The translations under genes were made by a program, and so were the position numbers. A stretch of 42,303 nt of DNA from Bacteroidota bacterium. Lineage in GTDB: Bacteria; Bacteroidota; Bacteroidia; UKL13-3. Positions within the stretch are counted from its first letter, which is position 1. Each line of letters opens with the position of its first letter. Under the pieces are notes generated by a model. The model saw only the letters and a list, made by a program, of their open reading frames with translations. It was not told the DNA's origin and ran no database searches. This document shows positions 26,081 through 33,707 of the stretch, one piece after another. The stretch spans positions 1 through 42,303 of the forward strand of contig JAZKGH010000103.1 of NCBI GenBank assembly GCA_040386055.1. Direction: 5' to 3'.

Positions 26081-27529
26081 ATGAAATTCAATAACACCAA
26101 ACTCTTGCGCAAGGTACTATTTCTGTCTGTTATTTTATCGTGCAGCATGCAAATGCAAGCACAACGCAGCTACACTTTGCAAGAGTGCATTGATCAGGCT
26201 TTTAAAAACAATATCACCATCAAACAGCGTGAACTCACTCAACGCAGTGTAGAAGCCGACAGGTTGCAGAGCAAATTGAATGTATTGCCCAGCGTTAATG
26301 GACAGGCAACTAACAATTACAATATTGGTTTCGCCATTAATCCTGTAACCAATGCTACAGAGAAGGACGCCACATTCAGAAGCAACAACTTTGCCATCAG
26401 CAGTTCGGTAACATTGTTCAACGGATTTCAGAACGTGAATACCATCAAACAGCAAAATGCAAATGCTAAAGCAACTGATGCAGATTTGCTTACAACAAAA
26501 AATAATATTGCACTTCAAGTCTCCAACGCGTACATGCAGGTATTGATGAATGCCGAAATAACGACTGCCCGCGAAATTCAAATTCAGTCGACTGCCGAAC
26601 AATTAAAAAGACAAGAGCGATTATATGAATTGGGCGGTGTCAATAAAGTGAAATTGCTCCAGCTCAAAGCGCAATATGCCAGTGAAGAATCGCAACTCAT
26701 CACAGCACAAACGCAGCTTGATCAATCCTATTTAACCCTGTGGCAGCTGATGAATATGGCTCCCGATCCCAATAATACCATACTAAAACCCGATAGTTCT
26801 TCCGTTGCTAATATTCCAAATGAAATAGTAGGTGCCGATGTTATTTACAAATCTTTTTTAGATAAGAGTCCGGAAGTACAAGCCGCAAAAAGCCGTGCTG
26901 AAGCAGCCCGCATTTCGCATAATGTTGCTTTGGGCACCCGCAGTCCGCGTCTTACTTTGGGTGCGAGCATTAGTTCCTTTTACTCTACTCAAACACAACA
27001 AGGCGTTGGTACGCCCTCCCTTCTTTTAGTTCCTATCGGACAGGATGCCTTTGGTAACCCATCTCCTTATTTTACATCTTATCCTCAGTATAGCAGTAGT
27101 GAGGTCGTTCCTTTTGGTGAACAGTTTAATAGAAACCTCGGGAAAAATGTTGGGTTTACGCTCTCCGTACCCATTTTTAATGGATACCAGGCAAGCACAA
27201 ATGTTCAAAAAGCCCGCATTAACCGTATGAGTAGTGAGCTTACTCAAAAACAAACAGAGCTTGACTTGTACAAAAACGTAAATCAGGCTTACCTTGATTT
27301 TAAATCCTCACAAAAACGCTACGAATCCAACCAGAATAATTATGACGCCAATAAGGAAGCGTTAACGCTGGCTGAATCTCAATTCAATCTGGGAGCTTTG
27401 AGCACTGCTGATTTTATTGTAACAAAATCTCAGTACTTACAGGCTGAAACCAATTTGGTTCAGTCAAAATATGAGTTGCTGTTCAGACGTAAAGTTCTTG
27501 ATTTTTATTTAGGTAAAGGGTTGTATTAA
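26081..27529 (+). CDS. TolC-family outer membrane efflux protein
   Basis: 482 aa with a signal peptide. The start is typical: YTLQECIDQAFKNNITIKQ. It has two internally repeated helical/beta halves, and the C-terminus LDFYLGKGL is typical of Bacteroidota TolC proteins. Confidence 0.85.
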   Translation: MKFNNTKLLRKVLFLSVILSCSMQMQAQRSYTLQECIDQAFKNNITIKQRELTQRSVEADRLQSKLNVLPSVNGQATNNYNIGFAINPVTNATEKDATFRSNNFAISSSVTLFNGFQNVNTIKQQNANAKATDADLLTTKNNIALQVSNAYMQVLMNAEITTAREIQIQSTAEQLKRQERLYELGGVNKVKLLQLKAQYASEESQLITAQTQLDQSYLTLWQLMNMAPDPNNTILKPDSSSVANIPNEIVGADVIYKSFLDKSPEVQAAKSRAEAARISHNVALGTRSPRLTLGASISSFYSTQTQQGVGTPSLLLVPIGQDAFGNPSPYFTSYPQYSSSEVVPFGEQFNRNLGKNVGFTLSVPIFNGYQASTNVQKARINRMSSELTQKQTELDLYKNVNQAYLDFKSSQKRYESNQNNYDANKEALTLAESQFNLGALSTADFIVTKSQYLQAETNLVQSKYELLFRRKVLDFYLGKGLY

Positions 27530-27548
27530 TTAATAGATTTGACGAAGT

Positions 27549-28916
27549 ATGGCAGCAAAAAAAAGTAATAAACTAATTTGGTATTTAGGTGCAGCAGCCG
27601 TTGTGCTGATTGTGTTTGTGGTGATGGGGAAAAACGCAGGCTGGATTGGAAAAGAAGAAGGAATAAAGGTTTCTGTATCCAAAGCTGAACTCAAAACCAT
27701 TATTGAAACAGTATCCGCAAATGGAAAAATACAACCTGAAGTTGAGGTGAAAATGAGCTCGGATGTATCGGGAGAAATTACAGAACTGTATGTTAAAGAA
27801 GGTGACTCCGTTCAAGCCGGACGCCTGCTCGCCCGCATCGATCCTGAGTTGTATCAATCTTCACTTGATCGCGCGGAAGCTGCCCTGAACAGTTCAAAAG
27901 CAAACTTAGCGAACGCACGCGCACGTTTGTTACAATCGGAAGCCAAGTTTAATGAAGTGGAACAACAGTTTCAGCGCAATAAAAAAATGCACGATCAAAA
28001 GTTGATTTCGGATGGGGAATTTCAAACGTCTCAATCAACCTATTTAAGTACCAAAGCAGACATTGAAGCGGCCAAACAAACTGTTATCGGATCGCAGTTT
28101 ACGGTGAAAACGCAAGAAGCCGGATTGAAAGAAGCAAAGAAAAATTTAACACGTACTGAAATTTTTGCTCCGGTGAGCGGCATTGTATCCAAGCTGAATG
28201 TAGAAAAAGGTGAGCGTGTGGTAGGAACTTCTCAAATGGCAGGAACTGAAATGATGCGCATTGCTAATCTCAATGATATGGAGGTGAGCGTTGATGTAAA
28301 TGAAAATGATATCGTAAAGGTTAGTATTAGTGATACCGTGGAAGTAGAAGTGGATGCTTACAACAATCGTAAGTTCAAAGGAATGGTAACCGAAATTGCC
28401 AACTCCGCTACCACAAGTGCTGCAACAACTTCCGATCAGGTAACCAACTTTGTAGTTAAAATAAGAATCCTACGCAGTTCTTATGCCGATCTGGAAAAAG
28501 CATTCGGTAAAAAACGTTCCGTGTTTCGTCCGGGGATGTCGGCATCTGTTGAAATTCAAACAGAGCATGCTGCCAATGTTATTGCGCTACCCATTGAAGC
28601 TGTGACAACACGCAACAAAGCTGATCTGGACACAACAGCAACGGGCCCTAAAAGCAAACGTAAACTTGAAAAAGGTAAGGACGATGCAGAGGTAGTATTT
28701 GTGTGTAATGCCGACAACAAACTTGTTATTCGTGAAGTCAAAACCGGTGTTCAGGATGATAAATATATTGAAATCATCAGTGGGTTGAAAGAAGGAGATG
28801 AAGTAGTTTCCGGGCCGTATAGTGCCGTATCACGCACGTTGAAAAACGGTGACCGCATTCAAAAAGTGAGTAAGGAAGCCTTGTTTGAAAGTCCTGCTGA
28901 AGCCAAAAAAGACTAG
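27549..28916 (+). CDS. Efflux transporter periplasmic adaptor (HlyD/MacA-like membrane fusion protein)
   Basis: N-terminal TM anchor, lipoyl-like half motif GEITELYVKEGDSVQAGRLLARID, a long coiled-coil hairpin, then IFAPVSGIVSKLNVEKGE and beta-barrel/MP domains. Confidence 0.85.
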   Translation: MAAKKSNKLIWYLGAAAVVLIVFVVMGKNAGWIGKEEGIKVSVSKAELKTIIETVSANGKIQPEVEVKMSSDVSGEITELYVKEGDSVQAGRLLARIDPELYQSSLDRAEAALNSSKANLANARARLLQSEAKFNEVEQQFQRNKKMHDQKLISDGEFQTSQSTYLSTKADIEAAKQTVIGSQFTVKTQEAGLKEAKKNLTRTEIFAPVSGIVSKLNVEKGERVVGTSQMAGTEMMRIANLNDMEVSVDVNENDIVKVSISDTVEVEVDAYNNRKFKGMVTEIANSATTSAATTSDQVTNFVVKIRILRSSYADLEKAFGKKRSVFRPGMSASVEIQTEHAANVIALPIEAVTTRNKADLDTTATGPKSKRKLEKGKDDAEVVFVCNADNKLVIREVKTGVQDDKYIEIISGLKEGDEVVSGPYSAVSRTLKNGDRIQKVSKEALFESPAEAKKD

Positions 28917-28979
28917 TACGATTGGTTATTGGAAAGTGTGATGTAGCAAAACATTCGGGCAAATTGTTATTTTTACCGC

Positions 28980-30005
28980 ATGGATACATTACCTAGAAAC
29001 ATAGCGGTACTCGGTGGAGGAAGTTGGGGAACAGCCATTACCAAAATGCTGAGCGAACACAAAGCTTCAGCCCAAAGTAAAATTAACACCTTGCAATGGT
29101 GGATTCGAAGTGAAGAAACTGCCAAATACATTCGGGAAAATAAACACAATCCTAAATATATCAGTTCGGTTGAAATTCATCCTGAAAGGGTGAGTGTGAC
29201 CAGCGATTTGAAAGCTGTTATTCAGTCTTCCGATTTATTAGTGCTCGCAGTTCCCTCAGCATTTTTGAAAGATGCACTGAAAGATATTGATAAGGAGTGG
29301 CTGAAAGGCAAATTTATTGTTTCAGCCATCAAAGGTTTGCTTCCTCACAGCAAAGAGATTGTTGCCGATTTTCTGATGAATGAGTTTGATGTACCACATG
29401 AAAACATGATGGTGATTTCGGGCCCATGCCACGCTGAAGAAGTAGCATCTGAAAAACTTTCTTACCTAACCATTGCCGGTTTAAACAAAACCATCGCTAC
29501 ACATTTTGCTTCATTGCTTGCCTGCAGATACATCAAAACAATTATCTCGAAAGACATCACCGGAACTGAATATGGTGCAGTGCTTAAAAATATTTATGCA
29601 GTAGCTAGTGGTATTTGTCATGGTGTGGGTTATGGTGATAATTTTCAAGCAGTACTCATCAGCAATGCCATCCGGGAAATGGAAGCCTTTTTATACAAGG
29701 TACATGCCCATCCACGTGAGATCAACCATTCGGCATACCTTGGCGATTTATTAGTAACAGCCTATTCACAACATTCGCGTAACCGTACATTCGGTAATAT
29801 GTTAGGTAAGGGCTATTCCGTAAAATCTGCCCAACTGGAGATGAACATGATTGCCGAAGGTTTTTATGCCACAAAAAGCATGTATGAATTAAACCAGGAA
29901 CAATTGCATATTGAGATGCCCATTGCTGAAGCTGTTTACAGTATCATTTATGGAAATGTTCCCGTACGAGCGGCTATCGAAAAATTAAGTGAAAAGTTGA
30001 TTTAA
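28980..30005 (+). CDS. gpsA: NAD(P)H-dependent glycerol-3-phosphate dehydrogenase
   Basis: Rossmann motif IAVLGGGSWGTAI, plus SGPCHAEEVA, LKNIYAVASG and MIAEGFYATKS. Confidence 0.9.
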   Translation: MDTLPRNIAVLGGGSWGTAITKMLSEHKASAQSKINTLQWWIRSEETAKYIRENKHNPKYISSVEIHPERVSVTSDLKAVIQSSDLLVLAVPSAFLKDALKDIDKEWLKGKFIVSAIKGLLPHSKEIVADFLMNEFDVPHENMMVISGPCHAEEVASEKLSYLTIAGLNKTIATHFASLLACRYIKTIISKDITGTEYGAVLKNIYAVASGICHGVGYGDNFQAVLISNAIREMEAFLYKVHAHPREINHSAYLGDLLVTAYSQHSRNRTFGNMLGKGYSVKSAQLEMNMIAEGFYATKSMYELNQEQLHIEMPIAEAVYSIIYGNVPVRAAIEKLSEKLI

Positions 30006-30064
30006 GAAGATAAAAAACGTGCTGATTTCCATTGTGTGAAACCACCCACGATAATATAAACACT

Positions 30065-30409
30065 ATGACCAATCCTGTAGAAGAATTTAACGACTACCGT
30101 TCGAAAATGAACGATAAAATGATGGCGGCTGATAATCTGGTATTGAAACGTTTGTTCAACCTCGATACCAATACTTATGAGGAAGGGGCGCTATCCACTC
30201 AAACCAAAGAAATGCTCGGACTGGTTGCCAGCATGGTATTGCGTTGCGATGATTGCATCAAATATCATTTGGGTAAATGCCATAAACAGAGTATTACCAC
30301 GGCACAGGTATTTGAGATTTTTGCAGTTGCCAATATTGTAGGTGGAACTATTGTGATTCCACATACCCGCAGAGCTGTTGAATATTGGGAAGCCTTACAA
30401 ACAACCTAA
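30065..30409 (+). CDS. Carboxymuconolactone decarboxylase / AhpD-like family protein
   Basis: AhpD-core CxxC-xxx-H motif (RCDDCIKYH). The ORF-track start at 30032 is a TTG, so I chose the ATG at 30065 (MTNPVEEF). Confidence 0.8.
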   Translation: MTNPVEEFNDYRSKMNDKMMAADNLVLKRLFNLDTNTYEEGALSTQTKEMLGLVASMVLRCDDCIKYHLGKCHKQSITTAQVFEIFAVANIVGGTIVIPHTRRAVEYWEALQTT

Positions 30410-32133
30410 GGTTGTTTTACAACAAATGCACCGCACATCCACGAATGCGGGAAATACACAATTGAATCTTCGGGATAGGTGCGTTGCACAGCTACATACT
30501 GTACTTTGTTTTCTTCCAGTTTAATTTTGAATGGCCCCGTCCAACCCGCATATACAACCGGAATATTTTTTTTCGCTTTTAGTTGCACAAAAAATGCATT
30601 CAACTCCCGGGTACGTGTTGCCTGGGTATCCCAATTCTGCTGTGCAATCATATAACAATTCATTAGCTGCATGAGTATGAGTGTATACCCCAGCCATGCT
30701 GTATATTTTGCACGCAGAAGTAATAAGATCATCAGACATACAAACATCCAGATCTGAGGTGCATACCGCGCATACCAAAAGGCTGGAATACAGATGATGG
30801 ACAAGATCAGTCCTGTTAATCCGATAATTACCGGCACTGTAAATATCTTTCGGTTCCACACTAAAAGTAATAGAATCCCTCCCAAAAGCAAACACACAAC
30901 TTCGGCAAATAAGGGTCCAAATCCGCCCATCTCAGGATCAGCCCGTCTATATTCATCGTAATAAGTAATCCCCTCAATCGTAAAAAGCGCCTTAGGTTTA
31001 CTTGATTCGGGAGCCCTTGACCAAACAGGCTTTGCAAATGTGGCAAGGTTAAACTGTTTAAACCGGTTTTTACCTTTAAAGTCTTCAGGAAAGGGTACAC
31101 TCATAATGTCTTCTCCCATATTTCCCTCTCCCATGATAGGATAGAACGGATGGCCTTTTGTAAGTGTATTATTGACATAAGTAGGGTAGCCAAATAACAA
31201 TACGCCAAGCGCCAAAATTGACCCAGCTATAAGAGCAGAACGAATAGCTTTTCGTTTTATTAATATCACTTCATACACTAGATATACGGCACTCAATACG
31301 CATACATATACCAAAGACGTAAATTTAGTGTTAATTAAAAAAATTGTAGTGAGTGATATTAGTAGTAAAAAGAGAGACCCTGACAGTGTTCCGTTTTTAT
31401 ATAGTAGCACCAGCAACACCAAACACAATATCAGATTGGCGATTACACCATCAATATAGAACGAGAATAGCTGATAAATTACAACGGGGTTGAACGAAAT
31501 CATCAGGCCAACCAAAACGGTCCAAAACCAATTTGTTGAAAACACCTTTCTCAGGGTAAAGATGGTGAGGCAAAAAGATGCAAATAAAAAAATCCAGTTG
31601 ATGATCTTGGCTGACTCTAACTTATTGGTGAAAGCATAGACAACAGCCCCCGCTGTCCATACTGCTTTGGGATAATGATTCACACACAACTCACTCCTCC
31701 CGGTTTCTTCCGGGCTTAAAAAATGATGATAAGGATTCCATCCTTGCTCCATCAATCTTACGGCATCCTGATGATACCAAACCCCATCATAGGAAAAATC
31801 ATATATACGGATGCATACCAAACCGGTTGTAATGATCATCCCAGCCATCAATAGATACCATAACACAACCACACTTACCGGAACATTTTTTCTGATAAAA
31901 ACCCATCCGCAATAGATACTTAACCCAATAAAAACAATAGGGAACAACCATCCGCTCACCGGTATTCCGGTCATGAACAACATGCTTTGTATGATAAAAG
32001 GCAGGGTTCCCAATAACAGGAAAAAAGAACCGCTATGGAGCCACAAATCTTCCATTTTTCCGTTCTCAAAAAGCCCTGTTTTTATTCCCATGTGTAAAGC
32101 TATATTTGTCAAAAATAGGTATGTCGGGAACAT
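30406..32133 (-). CDS. Polytopic membrane protein, putative GT-C-type glycosyltransferase
   Basis: 575-aa ORF with about 12 or more hydrophobic helices. Features: an acidic first-loop motif IYDFSYDGVWYHQD, a ~70-aa soluble loop (aa ~330-400) and a soluble C-terminal ~85 aa. The gene call is solid but the GT-C assignment is inferred. The ATG at 32133 overlaps the divergent ubiA-like start, so the real start is probably 32091 (MGIKT) or 32055 (MEDLW). Confidence 0.5.
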   Translation of the reverse strand: MFPTYLFLTNIALHMGIKTGLFENGKMEDLWLHSGSFFLLLGTLPFIIQSMLFMTGIPVSGWLFPIVFIGLSIYCGWVFIRKNVPVSVVVLWYLLMAGMIITTGLVCIRIYDFSYDGVWYHQDAVRLMEQGWNPYHHFLSPEETGRSELCVNHYPKAVWTAGAVVYAFTNKLESAKIINWIFLFASFCLTIFTLRKVFSTNWFWTVLVGLMISFNPVVIYQLFSFYIDGVIANLILCLVLLVLLYKNGTLSGSLFLLLISLTTIFLINTKFTSLVYVCVLSAVYLVYEVILIKRKAIRSALIAGSILALGVLLFGYPTYVNNTLTKGHPFYPIMGEGNMGEDIMSVPFPEDFKGKNRFKQFNLATFAKPVWSRAPESSKPKALFTIEGITYYDEYRRADPEMGGFGPLFAEVVCLLLGGILLLLVWNRKIFTVPVIIGLTGLILSIICIPAFWYARYAPQIWMFVCLMILLLLRAKYTAWLGYTLILMQLMNCYMIAQQNWDTQATRTRELNAFFVQLKAKKNIPVVYAGWTGPFKIKLEENKVQYVAVQRTYPEDSIVYFPHSWMCGAFVVKQP

Positions 32134-32996
32134 TTTTTCAATTAATACGCGTTCATAACTGGATTAAAAACGGATTTGTTTTTCTGCCGCTTATTTTTTC
32201 CCAACACTTAACGGAACCCGATTATTTCAAGCGTGCTGTACTTGCAGTTTTCTCCTTTTGTTTAACCAGCTCCGCTGTATACATCATAAATGATTTAGTG
32301 GACCAGCAAAGCGACCGGCTTCATCCCATCAAAAACCTCCGGCCGATCGCAGCCGGAAAAGTAAGCGTTACCCTCGCCTTAATTATTGGCTTTATCTGTC
32401 TGACATCCGGTATTGGTCTGTCAATATATTTATCCTACTCCATGCTCTATTTACTGGTTGGGTATTTAGTATTGAATGCCGGTTATTCCTTTTACCTCAA
32501 ACGGATCAGCATTATTGATTGCATTTGTGTGGCAATGGGTTTTGTCTTGCGCATTCTCGCAGGATGTGCTGCTATCAACGTTATTCCTTCTGACTGGATC
32601 TTGACCATTACTTTTTTTCTGGCATTATACCTTGCCTTCTCCAAACGAAAATCGGAATTGTTACTGCTCAACGAACATTCCGAAACGCACCGAAAATCAC
32701 TGGCAGGTTATTCCATTAAATTACTCGATACCTATATTTTAATTTGTGCCGTGATCAGCCTCACAGCATACCTGCTTTACAGTTTTGATTTTAGGGTAGT
32801 AACAGATTTTAATACCCATAACCTTAAATACTCGGTTGTGTTTGTTGTTATCGGTTTCTTCCGATATTTCCAACTTGTTGAACATCCTGAGAGTTCACAT
32901 GGTGGTGATCCTACTACACTTGCTCTTAAAGACAGACCTTTGCAACTGGCAGTGTTACTTTGGCTGGCATATATTATTTGGGTTATTTATGGATAA
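32121..32996 (+). CDS. UbiA-family prenyl-phosphate 5-phosphoribosyltransferase (decaprenyl-phosphate phosphoribosyltransferase-like)
   Basis: IRVHNWIKNGFVFLPLIFS ... YIINDLVDQQSDRLHPIKNLRPIAAGKV is the NDxxDxxxD-R-x-HP-x-K-xx-RP-x-A-x-G signature that I associate with DPPR synthase (Mtb Rv3806c type) rather than MenA/UbiA quinone prenyltransferases. There are about 8 TM helices. I chose the ATG at 32121; the ORF-track start at 32106 is a TTG. Confidence 0.75.
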   Translation: MSGTFFQLIRVHNWIKNGFVFLPLIFSQHLTEPDYFKRAVLAVFSFCLTSSAVYIINDLVDQQSDRLHPIKNLRPIAAGKVSVTLALIIGFICLTSGIGLSIYLSYSMLYLLVGYLVLNAGYSFYLKRISIIDCICVAMGFVLRILAGCAAINVIPSDWILTITFFLALYLAFSKRKSELLLLNEHSETHRKSLAGYSIKLLDTYILICAVISLTAYLLYSFDFRVVTDFNTHNLKYSVVFVVIGFFRYFQLVEHPESSHGGDPTTLALKDRPLQLAVLLWLAYIIWVIYG

Positions 32997-33594
32997 GCCC
33001 ATCATCTTACTCGACTTTGATGAAACATTGTACCGCAAGGATTCTCTCATCCAGTTTCATTTGTTTTGCCTACGCAGGTATCCTATTCTAATAATGTGGT
33101 TGCCTGTTCAATTTGCGTGTTGGTTACTACACCACACCAGATTTATTTCTACCCAACAATTCAAAAATTGTTATTTATTGTTTCTTGCTTTTCGCTCTGT
33201 TGAATCTATTCATCAGGATGCCACTGCCTTCTGGCAAAAGGAATATCCTAAACACTTTAACCCACGAATTTTGGATTTGCTTTCTCATTCCGACACTCAG
33301 TGTGTAGTGATAACAGCCTCACCTACCATATACTTCAAACCGCTCTTACCATTACTTCCAATTATCACTTTTCTTGGAACAGAACTTAAAACGAATCACG
33401 GATTGTATGTTATTGACGGGAAAAATTGTAAGGGACCCGAAAAAGTTGTTGCTTTTCGTAAGCATTTCCCGCAGCAGGTAACAATTGCGCAAGCATACAG
33501 TGACAGCCTTTCCGACATCCCGTTGCTGGAAATGGCACAACAGGGGTTTCTGGTTAAAGGAGATACAGTCACTCCTTATCAACCCTCCTCCTAA
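32989..33594 (+). CDS. HAD-IB family phosphatase
   Basis: MDKPIILLDFDETLY (DxDxT motif I), VITAS (motif II) and YSDSLSDIPLL (motif IV). The ATG at 32989 overlaps the ubiA-like stop (ATGGATAA, 8-nt overlap). The ORF-track start at 32836 is an out-of-frame overlap artefact. Confidence 0.7.
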   Translation: MDKPIILLDFDETLYRKDSLIQFHLFCLRRYPILIMWLPVQFACWLLHHTRFISTQQFKNCYLLFLAFRSVESIHQDATAFWQKEYPKHFNPRILDLLSHSDTQCVVITASPTIYFKPLLPLLPIITFLGTELKTNHGLYVIDGKNCKGPEKVVAFRKHFPQQVTIAQAYSDSLSDIPLLEMAQQGFLVKGDTVTPYQPSS

Positions 33595-33677
33595 CTGCGA
33601 TTCGCATTGCCATAAACACTATCTGTAACCGGCATTTATAAGTTTTACACAAGCTAGCGCTCTTCGGTTAAACTCAA

Positions 33678-33685
33678 TATATTTG
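33678..33685 (+). promoter_or_regulatory. Candidate -7 promoter box TATATTTG upstream of polA
   Basis: Perfect TAnnTTTG match, 22 nt upstream of the ATG at 33708. Confidence 0.3.
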
Positions 33686-33707
33686 AACACCACTTTTAAC
33701 ATATACA

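Noticed and set aside
30521-31100. Out-of-frame minus ORFs 30521..30895 and 30861..31100, and plus ORF 31973..32158
   Set aside because: They are nested within the 575-aa membrane-protein ORF in other frames. Their translations lack the TM periodicity and are Cys/His-rich noise.
32106-32133. Apparent 13-28 nt overlap of the 5' ends of the divergent GT-C-like and UbiA-like genes
   Set aside because: This is most likely a start-codon artefact of maximal ORFs. Internal ATGs (32091 or 32055 on the minus strand, 32121 on the plus strand) remove or reduce the overlap, so I do not treat it as a biological feature.
32836-32988. Upstream extension of the HAD phosphatase ORF (ORF-track start 32836)
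   Set aside because: It overlaps the C-terminal TM helices of the UbiA-like gene in another frame. The HAD motif I (DFDETL) follows directly after the ATG at 32989, which forms a typical ATGGATAA stop/start overlap.
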